Assembly (NCBI GenBank): GCA_002315455.1
Contig: DCGG01000175.1
Coordinates: 1-38,051, forward strand
Direction of reading: 5' to 3'
Origin: Lentisphaeria bacterium UBA1784
Lineage (GTDB): Bacteria > Verrucomicrobiota > Lentisphaeria > Victivallales > Victivallaceae
Length of the DNA: 38,051 bases
The notes under the pieces are model-generated. The model was not told the origin of the DNA. It saw only the letters and a list, made by a program, of their open reading frames with translations, and searched no databases. Position numbers and translations under genes: made by a program. Of the stretch, positions 1-8,199 are shown in pieces. Within the stretch, counting starts at the first letter, position 1. Every line of letters begins with the position of its first letter.

Positions 1-777
1 GGCACGCCCCGCGCCTCCCACTGCAGCAGCGTGTATGACTTCAACGGCGACGGCGGAGACGAACTCCTCTGGGGCGAACGGATGATCTCCCTCTCCACCG
101 GGAAAGATCTTTTCGTCTGCACCGGAGACGGCTGGGACGGTCACAGCGACATCGTCATGCCGGTCTTCGACCGAGATCTGAAGTTCTGCGGCTTCTGGAC
201 CTGCCGGGAGAGCGGGATGACCCAGGGCCATCCGGAGCAGTTCCGCTGCAACTTCTACGACGGAAAAGGCAAACTCCTCTGGGGCAAGTTCAAAAATGGA
301 CACATGGATATGGGCGGCGTTCTGCGGTACAATGCCGCAGGCGACAAGGCGGTCTATTCCGTGGAAATGGGTGTGGATGCCAAGACGCTCCGCCGGGGAT
401 TCCAGCCGGCCCGCTTCTTCGACCTGAAGGGGAACGAGCTGAAGTACGACCTCCCCGGATACCGTCCGCCCCGGACTATCGACGTTGACGGCGACGGCTG
501 TCACGAACTGGAGATCGGCGGCATCGTCTATGATCTGAAAGGGAAACCGCTCTGCTTGACGCAGGGCGGCCGGACTTTTGTGGGACATATCCGGAACGAT
601 CTCCCAGGGGAGCAGTTTGTCCGCGCCACCAAGGCAGGACAGATCCTCGTCCTCGCCGATCCCAACGCAAAATGGAGCGAGGCCGCGAAACAGCGTTACG
701 CCCATCCCTATTACGAGAGCTGCATGCGGAATTATGCCGTAGGGTACAATTTCGGCTATGATCTCGGCGGGATCTGA
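1..777 (+). CDS. FG-GAP/VCBS-like beta-propeller repeat protein, C-terminal part (5' end outside the window)
   Basis: Frame 1 is open from nt 1; the track starts it at an internal GTG at 31. It has Ca-binding-type blade motifs DFNGDGGDELL and DVDGDGCHELEIGG. Composition is normal, unlike the Arg-rich antisense ORF. Any polysaccharide-lyase-like role is only a guess. Confidence 0.6.
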   Translation, partial: GTPRASHCSSVYDFNGDGGDELLWGERMISLSTGKDLFVCTGDGWDGHSDIVMPVFDRDLKFCGFWTCRESGMTQGHPEQFRCNFYDGKGKLLWGKFKNGHMDMGGVLRYNAAGDKAVYSVEMGVDAKTLRRGFQPARFFDLKGNELKYDLPGYRPPRTIDVDGDGCHELEIGGIVYDLKGKPLCLTQGGRTFVGHIRNDLPGEQFVRATKAGQILVLADPNAKWSEAAKQRYAHPYYESCMRNYAVGYNFGYDLGGI

Positions 778-797
778 CGGTTGCAAAGAGAAAGAAA

Positions 798-2627
798 ATG
801 ACAATGTTGAAACCATCCTTCTGGTCGAAGATCAGCCGCATCACCTCCCTTGAGGAGTGGGGGAAGCGCACTTCCCGGGACTTCACCCCGGAACTGTGCC
901 GTCAGGTCAGAGATGCCGGATTCACCGGCGTTTACGTCAACGGAGGTTCCGGCATCGGTCCGGACCAGATTCCCGCGGAATCCCTGACGGTCACGGAGAC
1001 CATCCCCGACCTGATGCCCCTGACCTCCGCGCTCTACCGGCAGGAGATCGGCGAACGGATCGGCATGCTGACCGGGGAGGGACTGGATCCATGGCTCCAG
1101 ATGTGGGGCGTCCCCGGCGCGAACCTGAGCCATGACGTAAAGGAGAGCGGCGACGCCAATCTCTTTTTTCACAGGCGGACCAAGATGGAGATGTCCGCAA
1201 AACTCCAGCGGGCCCCGGAGCTCTTCGGCTTCCGTTCTGCGGAAAATTACAGTTGGCGGGGTTCCCGTCCGCTCTGCATCTCCCATCCGCAGGTGCAGGC
1301 GTTCTATCAGGAACTGATGGGGAAACTCATCCGGGAATACCGTTTCCGTGGGATCTTCTTCTTTCCCGGAGACCATTCCCCGGAGTGCTGCGACGACAGT
1401 TGTCCGCGGTGCCGCGGGACCGGGCGTTCGCTTTGGGAACGGATGACCGATCACGTCAACCGCCTCTATGAGGCCTGCCGCTCGGTCGATCCGGATTTCG
1501 AGTTCTACGTCTGCCTCTGGAACCAGGATTTCCCGGGCGGCTCGGAGAACATTGCATCGATCCTGCGCCGCCTCGCCCCGGGGATCGGAATCTCCATGAG
1601 CATCTCCGACAACGTCGCGCAAAAACGCCGGGGCGGGACGCACCCCTTCAATCAGCCATGGGTGAGTTATCCGGCGGTTGGGGAACTCTTCCGGAACACC
1701 GCACAACTGGCGGCGGATTCCGGCCGGCCGGTGATGGCGCTGACGGAACTGGCACAGGGCGAGGAGTGGGATGCCGTTTGCAGAAACGTGCCGGAACCCC
1801 GGGCCGTGCTGCGGACCCTGAAACATTGCGAAGCCGTCCCCGGATTGCGGAGCGTCGGCGACTTTTGGGGACATCGCGGACCGGCGGACCCCTTTGCAAA
1901 CCTTGCCGCCATGGGGGCTTTTTTCGCCGATCCCGCGGCGGACGAGGAGATGTTGTTGAATCGGACCGCGACGAAGCACTACGTCATCCCGGCGGACCGT
2001 TCCGACCTGACGGCCGCAGCAAGGAAGGCTTGGGATGCCTTTGAAGATTTGAACCGTGATTCCACACGGATCGCGTGGGCGCAGAGGTTCAGTTTCGCCG
2101 TCGGACGGGATCGGGGGCGAGGTCCTTTTTTTCAGGCATTTACGCCGGGATATCTCAAGGTCCTCCCTTCCACCTGGGCATACCGCTCCACCCGGAACAA
2201 CGTCGCCGATTTTGCGGAGTACTGCCGTCTTGCAGATGGGGACCGGGAGCGTTTTCTCCACGTCGCGGAGGAATTCCGGGAACTGGCGAAGCAGCTGCCT
2301 TCCGTCGATGCGGCGAAAACCGCCCGGCGGGAAGCGGACAACATCGAACTTGCCGGAGAAATCCACCGGAGCCTCATCCGCGCCATGGAAGCGGCGGATG
2401 CCTTCGCCGCAAAGGATGCCCCCCGGCTCCGGCACCTGATTGAGACGGAGATCGCGGCACGCATCCGGGAACTGAAACTCTCCTCCCGGATCGCACCTTT
2501 TGCTGGGCTCAATGAAATGCTGACCACCGAGGACGTCCAGAACATGCTGCTCTATCTCTCGCTGGATTCCTTCCCGGAAGCGGAGGAAAACGTCTTCGAC
2601 TTCTCCGCCACGCCGTACACCATGTGA
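798..2627 (+). CDS. Hypothetical 609-aa protein with a Cys cluster (ECCDDSCPRCRG), possibly a Zn-binding TIM-barrel glycoside-hydrolase-like enzyme
   Basis: Long ORF with balanced composition, starting 21 nt after the upstream gene. The antisense 634-aa ORF is Arg/Gly/Pro-rich and judged spurious. I recognise no diagnostic family motif. Confidence 0.65.
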   Translation: MTMLKPSFWSKISRITSLEEWGKRTSRDFTPELCRQVRDAGFTGVYVNGGSGIGPDQIPAESLTVTETIPDLMPLTSALYRQEIGERIGMLTGEGLDPWLQMWGVPGANLSHDVKESGDANLFFHRRTKMEMSAKLQRAPELFGFRSAENYSWRGSRPLCISHPQVQAFYQELMGKLIREYRFRGIFFFPGDHSPECCDDSCPRCRGTGRSLWERMTDHVNRLYEACRSVDPDFEFYVCLWNQDFPGGSENIASILRRLAPGIGISMSISDNVAQKRRGGTHPFNQPWVSYPAVGELFRNTAQLAADSGRPVMALTELAQGEEWDAVCRNVPEPRAVLRTLKHCEAVPGLRSVGDFWGHRGPADPFANLAAMGAFFADPAADEEMLLNRTATKHYVIPADRSDLTAAARKAWDAFEDLNRDSTRIAWAQRFSFAVGRDRGRGPFFQAFTPGYLKVLPSTWAYRSTRNNVADFAEYCRLADGDRERFLHVAEEFRELAKQLPSVDAAKTARREADNIELAGEIHRSLIRAMEAADAFAAKDAPRLRHLIETEIAARIRELKLSSRIAPFAGLNEMLTTEDVQNMLLYLSLDSFPEAEENVFDFSATPYTM

Positions 2628-2779
2628 TCCCGGAAATGATATGCCATCCCTGCCTTGCAAAAAAACGTTTTACGACATAAGGATCATAAAAATGCAGAAA
2701 TTCTCCGTTGCGAACCACGGGGCCGGCATCCTCCCGGATGGCGAGAGGAAACTGGTCGGGAAATAGAAAACGGCAGACG

Positions 2780-3607
2780 ATGAAAATCCTTACGCAGCAG
2801 GACATCAAACGTTCTGAAATCGAGACGCTGCGGATCTTCCGCGACTTCTGCGACAAAAACCATTTGAGATATTATCTCGCCTTCGGGACTCTGCTGGGCG
2901 CAGTGCGGCACAAAGGTTTCATCCCTTGGGATGATGACGTTGACGTCTTCATGCCGCGGCCGGACTACAACCACCTCATCGCGCACTTCAATGATGCGGA
3001 CCAACACCGCAGAGAGGTCGTTTCCCGGCAGAATACCCCGGATTTCTATTTGAACAGCGCAAAGATCATCGACCGGAATACCGTCGTGCAGGAAACGGAA
3101 CGCTCTCTTGCTATCGGCGTCTGGATTGACGTCTTTCCCATGGACCTCCTGCCGGAAAACGCTCTGCTGCGCCGATGGGCGGTGTACCGCGTGTGGCTGC
3201 TGAATTTCCTGATCGCGCACTTTGTGCCCGCCGGCGGCAAGACCCGAGCATGGTACAAAAAACTCCTGTTCCGGCTTTGGCGGCTCGTCCGCCCGCCCAA
3301 ATCCAGGCTGGAGGCCCTGCTCAAAAAGGAAATGAAAAAATTGGAACGGAATCTTTCAGGCAGTTATTATGGCCTGCTGTACAAATACTTCTGGTATGCC
3401 GGGACCCCGATCTTTCCGGTTTCGGATTTTGAACCATCCGTGAAACTGGAATTCGAGGGAGAACACTACGATGCTCCGGCAGAGTATGATAAACTCCTCC
3501 GCCTGTGCTACGGCGATTATACGTCCCCGCCGCCGGCGGAACTTCAGAAAAGCCGTCATTCCTGCATTTGCTATTGGGATGATGCCTCCCCAAAGGAGCA
3601 GAAATGA
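2780..3607 (+). CDS. LicD-family phosphotransferase (nucleotidyltransferase fold; transfers a phospho-alcohol from a CDP-activated donor)
   Basis: N-terminal block LRIFRDFCDKNHLRYYLAFGTLLGAVRHKGFIPWDDDVDVFMPRPDY is the LicD signature, including the DDD-x-D acidic motif. I chose the ATG at 2780 (MKILTQQ) over the track start at 2708. The stop overlaps the next start (ATGA at 3604-3607). Confidence 0.8.
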   Translation: MKILTQQDIKRSEIETLRIFRDFCDKNHLRYYLAFGTLLGAVRHKGFIPWDDDVDVFMPRPDYNHLIAHFNDADQHRREVVSRQNTPDFYLNSAKIIDRNTVVQETERSLAIGVWIDVFPMDLLPENALLRRWAVYRVWLLNFLIAHFVPAGGKTRAWYKKLLFRLWRLVRPPKSRLEALLKKEMKKLERNLSGSYYGLLYKYFWYAGTPIFPVSDFEPSVKLEFEGEHYDAPAEYDKLLRLCYGDYTSPPPAELQKSRHSCICYWDDASPKEQK

Positions 3608-4011
3608 AACGTGTGCTGACGTTCGGCGTTTTCGACTATTTTCACATTGGACATCTGGCGCTTCTGGAACAGGCCCGGGAGCAAGGAGATTTTCTGATCG
3701 TTGCCGTGCAGAAGGACGAGGCAATCCGGAAATACAAGCCGGAGGCAAATGTGTTTTATTCCACGGCCCAGCGCGTGCGCCTGATCGAATCCCTGCGCCC
3801 GGTGGACCGCGTCGTGACCTATTCCGACGTGGATAAGGACATTCAGCGAATGGATTTCGACGTCTTCGCCGTAGGCGAGGACCAGATCCACGACGGATTT
3901 CAGCGGGCCATCCAATGGTGCTTGGGCAACGGCAAGAACGTCGTGCGGATGCATTACACGCAGGACATCTCCTCGACCGAACTGAAAAAACGGATCAAAG
4001 ACCTGTCATGA
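3604..4011 (+). CDS. Small cytidylyltransferase of the TagD/glycerol-3-phosphate cytidylyltransferase family
   Basis: 135 aa. Carries the HxGH motif in GVFDYFHIGHLALLEQA and a C-terminal ISSTELKKRI block resembling the RTxGISTT motif. Translationally coupled to the LicD gene. Confidence 0.85.
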   Translation: MKRVLTFGVFDYFHIGHLALLEQAREQGDFLIVAVQKDEAIRKYKPEANVFYSTAQRVRLIESLRPVDRVVTYSDVDKDIQRMDFDVFAVGEDQIHDGFQRAIQWCLGNGKNVVRMHYTQDISSTELKKRIKDLS

Positions 4012-5295
4012 AAGTTTCTTCCGGGCGCGCAGGATGATCAACATTTGCACGGGTAGCAACGCAAGGAAGGCATACTTTTCACCGCCCGGCCGCAGCAGAT
4101 AAAAAAGCCCAAACAGCCCCGGAACCGCAAGAAAAAGCACGACAGACAGCATGCTGTACAGCCCAATTTTTCCTTTTGGCACCAAACGCACCAGACAGAG
4201 ACTCGTGGTACTGGTCCCAACAATAAACGGGATCGCCAGCATCACGACCGGGATCAGTTCGTGATATCCTGCCGCGTCAGCGGCGCCGAACCAAGGCAGA
4301 ATCAAGCGGGGAAAGACAAAAACCGCGACCAAAATCGCTCCGATCCACGCCAAAGCGAAACAAAGTGATCGGTCATACACCATCTTCGCGCCCGCTTCGT
4401 CACCCGCGCCCAGACAGCGTCCGCCCAGCATGAGGGAAGTCTCTCCGGCCGCCAGAAACGCATAGTCCCCCGTGAGATAGATCATCATCACCACCGACCA
4501 GAAAAACAGCGCATTCTCGCCCTGAAACGCGAGAACGAGCCGGTTCATCGCGTATGCCATAATCATGTAGGCAAGAGTCACTGCGATGAATCCGGAACCG
4601 TAACGGATGTTGCCGCCAATGGTTCCGAGCAATCGCGCCAGGGAGCATTTCATGATCCGGAAGGGACAATCCTTGTGGCAATAGGCGGATAGCAGGATCA
4701 CTACTCCCGCCGTCGCGGAGAGCAAGGAGGAATACGCCAGCGCCTCGATGCCCAGTCCGAAGCCTTTGATCAACAGGAGATTGCAGGAGAGATTCACCGC
4801 GAATTGCCCCAGGGCAGAACACATCACCAGCACCGGGCGCCCGGACATGGCCGTAAACATGATGCCGATGACCAGTTCCCCGGCAACGATGAAATATGGT
4901 ACCATCGCGAAAAGATACCTTTGCGTCAATCCCCGCAGCCCGGAATTTCCGCACAGAAACTCCGTCAGGGGGCAGGAAAAAACACTGATTGCGGCCCCCA
5001 ACAGCAGCATCGCGGCAAGAGACGACACGGCGGCTCCCGTAAAATGCCGGCGCACCGCCGCCGCGTCGCCACGACCAAGCGCCAGAGAAGCCAGCGTGCA
5101 CGCCCCCATGCCGAACAGCATCGTCAGCGCATAAAACAATTCATACACCGGCATCACCAGTTCCACGACCGACACGGCATCGGCACCGAGCAGATTCCCG
5201 CCCACCGCGGCATCCACCACCATCGTGGCCTGCGAAGCGATCACGCAGACGAATATCGAGCCAAGATAGCGGGCATGTTCGAGTTTATTCATCAT
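4006..5295 (-). CDS. MATE/MOP-superfamily polytopic membrane exporter or flippase
   Basis: 429 aa and very hydrophobic, roughly 12 predicted helices by eye. The N-terminal pattern (ATMVVDAAVGGNLLGADAVSVVELVMPVYELFYAL...GMGACTLASLALGRGD) is MATE-like. The start overlaps the stop of the upstream carrier gene (ATGA at 5292-5295). Confidence 0.8.
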   Translation of the reverse strand: MMNKLEHARYLGSIFVCVIASQATMVVDAAVGGNLLGADAVSVVELVMPVYELFYALTMLFGMGACTLASLALGRGDAAAVRRHFTGAAVSSLAAMLLLGAAISVFSCPLTEFLCGNSGLRGLTQRYLFAMVPYFIVAGELVIGIMFTAMSGRPVLVMCSALGQFAVNLSCNLLLIKGFGLGIEALAYSSLLSATAGVVILLSAYCHKDCPFRIMKCSLARLLGTIGGNIRYGSGFIAVTLAYMIMAYAMNRLVLAFQGENALFFWSVVMMIYLTGDYAFLAAGETSLMLGGRCLGAGDEAGAKMVYDRSLCFALAWIGAILVAVFVFPRLILPWFGAADAAGYHELIPVVMLAIPFIVGTSTTSLCLVRLVPKGKIGLYSMLSVVLFLAVPGLFGLFYLLRPGGEKYAFLALLPVQMLIILRARKKLS

Positions 5296-5519
5296 TTGGA
5301 GAGGTATCGCTTCAGCATCGCCTCCATGGCCGCGACCGAGTTGAAATTCTCTTTGACGATTGAATCAAACGCGATCTCGACGTCAAATGCGTCATCAAAC
5401 TCCGCGATCAGCCGGATTACGGCAAGGGAGTTGATGTACCCGTCATCGACCAGCGCAGTGGACGTGACGTCGATGCCGCTGACGTTTTCCTTCAGGATCT
5501 TTTCAATGATTTTTTTCAT
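5292..5519 (-). CDS. Carrier protein (75 aa), D-alanyl-carrier (DltC)-like
   Basis: MKKIIEKILKENV...LVDDGYINSLAVIRLIAEFDDAFDVEIAFDSIVKENFNS. It has a Ser in a G-x-x-x-S-L context followed by an FD-V/I segment, as in DltC-type carriers (from memory). The ATG at 5519 overlaps the stop of the ATP-grasp gene. The 161-aa track ORF adds an Arg/Gly-rich extension that I reject. Confidence 0.75.
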   Translation of the reverse strand: MKKIIEKILKENVSGIDVTSTALVDDGYINSLAVIRLIAEFDDAFDVEIAFDSIVKENFNSVAAMEAMLKRYLSK

Positions 5520-6664
5520 GATCTGGCCTTTTTTCTGTTTTCCACCAGTTGCTCCACCGTTTCCAGCATGAACCCGTAAGGCACGTGGAAGCCGATCAGG
5601 TCCTCGAATTCCCGCTTCACCCCATGCCCAACGCACATCTGGAAGAAAAGCTCCCCGTTGGTGTTGCCTTCGATGATGCACCAGCCCTTTTCGGAATGCG
5701 CCACGTCCCACCCGATATAGCGGAGCGTCGGCAGTTTGAGGGCGGCCTCCTCCAGCATTTTTTTGAGTTCCGCCCACTGGGGCATGACGAAACCTTTGAT
5801 CTTAAGGCCGGATACCGGATGGCATTCCGTCGTTCCAATCGCGGTCATTCCATCCGTTACCACGATCCCGGTTTCGGCATCGATCAGGGCGTCCACGCTG
5901 TACATCTCGCCGGACTTTTCAATGCCGTCCCCCAGCATCAGCCGGAAAACGGGATGGAAGAAATGGACCTTCCCCTTGACCAGAATGGTCGTCACCCGGA
6001 GCACGGACATCTCTTTGGGATTGAAGGCGGCGATGGCTTGCGACGGAACGATCTCCTCCTCCAGAATGAGGCGGTGGTCGACGGGCCTTGTGACGTCCTC
6101 GCAGGAGAGGGCGGCGGCCTCCGTAAGGAGGGCGCGGAAAACCGCCTTCCGGTCGGTCGTTTCATCGACGGTCAGACGATGGACCCCTTCGGCGAGTTCG
6201 AGATTCACCGGCTTGACGAAGACCGAACGGTGTTTTGCCGTGAATGCGCAGAAGGCATCGAAATCCTCCTCCCCTGTGAGAAGCATCGCTTCGCGTTTGT
6301 AAAATGGCTTGAGGAGCGTGTAGGCTTCGAATTTGTTGTCGAGCCAATGCAGGTCCCGGTCCCTGTTCAGAAACGCCATGTAAATGAACCGGCTGAACCA
6401 GGTGACGTACTCCGCCTTCTGCGCGTGAGATAAATGCTCAAATCCATATATTCCGTATTCGAGAAAACTTGTGCCGTACATCTGCTGACAGTAGACCGCC
6501 TCGTAAAACATCTCGGCGAGGCGCTTTTCATCCGGCAGAAACTCAATGTACGTCCGCATGAAGTCATCCTGCATTCCGGCAGGATAACGCTCCGGGTTGT
6601 CCGCCATGATCTGCCGGGCGATCCGTTGGATCTCCTTTGGATCTTCCGTTATTTTGTATTTCAT
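5516..6664 (-). CDS. ATP-grasp enzyme of the sugar-transfer-associated type (Pfam ATPgrasp_ST / TupA-like as I recall them); biochemical function uncharacterised
   Basis: 382 aa. Contains SVFVKPVNLELAEGV, a C-terminal block LRYIGWDVAHSEKGWCIIEGNTNGELFFQ, and an N-terminal LDNKFEAY segment. Confidence 0.7.
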   Translation of the reverse strand: MKYKITEDPKEIQRIARQIMADNPERYPAGMQDDFMRTYIEFLPDEKRLAEMFYEAVYCQQMYGTSFLEYGIYGFEHLSHAQKAEYVTWFSRFIYMAFLNRDRDLHWLDNKFEAYTLLKPFYKREAMLLTGEEDFDAFCAFTAKHRSVFVKPVNLELAEGVHRLTVDETTDRKAVFRALLTEAAALSCEDVTRPVDHRLILEEEIVPSQAIAAFNPKEMSVLRVTTILVKGKVHFFHPVFRLMLGDGIEKSGEMYSVDALIDAETGIVVTDGMTAIGTTECHPVSGLKIKGFVMPQWAELKKMLEEAALKLPTLRYIGWDVAHSEKGWCIIEGNTNGELFFQMCVGHGVKREFEDLIGFHVPYGFMLETVEQLVENRKKARS

Positions 6665-6682
6665 AAAGTCATCTCAACTCTC

Positions 6683-6796
6683 TCAAAGCACGCAATAATT
6701 TTCATATGTCAACGCAAGGATGGAGTCCACGCATTTGCGAAGGTACCGCTCCACGTTGTAGATCGGAACGATGATGGAAATGAGGGAACGGGTCAT
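6683..6796 (-). pseudogene. Remnant of a family-2 glycosyltransferase (N-terminal 37 codons only)
   Basis: My own translation gives MTRSLISIIVPIYNVERYLRKCVDSILALTYENYCVL-stop. This is the canonical GT2 N-terminus (SIIVPxYNxExYLxxCxxSxxxQTYxNxE), but it stops just before the expected EIIxVDDGS motif. The ATG overlaps the ligase stop (ATGA at 6793-6796). It is below the size cutoff of the ORF track. Confidence 0.6.
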
Positions 6797-8199
6797 GGTG
6801 CCACCTCCTCCAGTTTCCCGTACTGCACTTTACCGCTCTCCAAACGGGGGATTTCGTCGACGTGCCATACCCGGAATGCCTTGCGGGGGATCATGGTACG
6901 GGAGGAAAGCAGGTCGATCACCGCCTCCTCATCGACACCGGCATCCGTGGTGAAGACCGTCAGATGAGAATCATCCCCCGTGCAGGCGCAATCCGTCAGG
7001 AACGGCTGCAGCATGAGTTCCGCGTGATCCAGACAGATCCTGATCCCGAAAAGTTTGATGAAACGCGACTTGCGCCCGGTAATAAAATAAAAGCCTTCGG
7101 CATCCCGGTACGCCATGTCGCCCGTGTGAATCACCCCTCGGTTTTCATCGCCTTTCGCAAGGTCTTCCGCACGCTCTGCATAACCGAGGCAAACGTTCGG
7201 ACCTTCATACACGAGTTCCCCCACGGTGTTGGATGCCGTGATCGGCTTCCCATTTTCATCCATGAGCGAAAGCCGGCCTCCGGGAATCGCCTCTCCGATG
7301 CTGCCCGCCTTGGTTGGAATGTACTCCGGATCAAGGTAAGCGATCCTCGCCGTGGCCTCCGACTGCCCGTACATCACGTAGAACTTCACGCCCCGGGGAC
7401 GAAACGTTTCATCAAAAAACAGGACGTGTTCCCGGTTCAGCGCGCCGCCCGCCTGCGTCAAAGTGCGCAGGGTCGGCATCTCCTGCTTCCATATCCCAAG
7501 TTTCCGGATCGTCTCGAATGCGTACGGCACCCCGGAATACGAGGTAAAACCGTTCCTTTTGGCGAAGTCCCAGAATTCACGCTGGACAAAGGCGTCTTCC
7601 GTCAGCAACAGCGTGGCTCCGGTCAACAGATGCGAGTTGATGATCGAGAGCCCGAAGGCGTAGTTCATCGGCAGTCCCAGAACGGGGCGCTCCCGGTCCG
7701 TGAGGTGGAGATACTCGATGATGGCGGCGGCGTTGGCGCGCAGGTTTTCTTTGCTCAACCGCACCAGCTTGGGCGAACCCGTACTGCCCGACGTCGCCAG
7801 CAGAAGCGCCAAATCGTCCGCGACGGCGGTCCCGTTTTCGCGAGTGTCCCAAAGAACGTAACTCTCCGCCTCGAAGATCCGGTCTGCTCCGCTGACCAGC
7901 CGGCAGTTCGCGGGAGCCCAGACGTATCGGGGACGATACACCTCCGCGATACTGTCGAACGACTTCTGCGTCATGCGGGCGTCCAGCAACAGCGTTGCAT
8001 CCCCGTTCCGCAGAAACGCGACGTAACCGGCGATTGCTCCGACGGAATTGCCGCAAAGCGAGAACACCAGCCGGTGCGGATCGGCATGATTTCCGATCCT
8101 CCCGGCGAGTCCGTCCAGTTCACCGTAGGTGATCGACCGCCCCGAAGAATGGATGCAGGCAGTCCTGTCTGCAAAAGGCCCGAAGTCAAAGATCACCAA
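6793..8199 (-). CDS. Adenylate-forming enzyme (ANL superfamily; acyl/aminoacyl-carrier-protein ligase, DltA-sized)
   Basis: 468 aa. Core motifs are LLATSGSTGSPKLVRL (TSGSTGxPK), YGQSEA, GDMAYRDAEGFYFITGRKSRFIKLFGIRI and C-terminal PRLESGKVQYGKL. The start is non-ATG (TTG at 8199 or GTG at 8196) and overlaps the SDR stop. Confidence 0.85.
   Translation of the reverse strand: MVIFDFGPFADRTACIHSSGRSITYGELDGLAGRIGNHADPHRLVFSLCGNSVGAIAGYVAFLRNGDATLLLDARMTQKSFDSIAEVYRPRYVWAPANCRLVSGADRIFEAESYVLWDTRENGTAVADDLALLLATSGSTGSPKLVRLSKENLRANAAAIIEYLHLTDRERPVLGLPMNYAFGLSIINSHLLTGATLLLTEDAFVQREFWDFAKRNGFTSYSGVPYAFETIRKLGIWKQEMPTLRTLTQAGGALNREHVLFFDETFRPRGVKFYVMYGQSEATARIAYLDPEYIPTKAGSIGEAIPGGRLSLMDENGKPITASNTVGELVYEGPNVCLGYAERAEDLAKGDENRGVIHTGDMAYRDAEGFYFITGRKSRFIKLFGIRICLDHAELMLQPFLTDCACTGDDSHLTVFTTDAGVDEEAVIDLLSSRTMIPRKAFRVWHVDEIPRLESGKVQYGKLEEVAP

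Noticed and set aside
756-2660. 634-aa minus-strand ORF covering the whole 798-2627 gene
   Set aside because: Its composition is extremely Arg/Gly/Pro-rich with no recognisable motifs. This is a typical antisense shadow ORF of a high-GC gene, and the plus-strand product has normal composition.
5520-5777. N-terminal extensions of track ORFs (5292..5777; likewise 10004..10300, 25870..26964, 26896..27702, 23950..24804, 34910..35152)
   Set aside because: The extensions are Arg/Gly-rich or overlap upstream genes or terminators. Internal ATGs sit at start/stop overlaps or behind Shine-Dalgarno-like elements and begin the recognisable domain.
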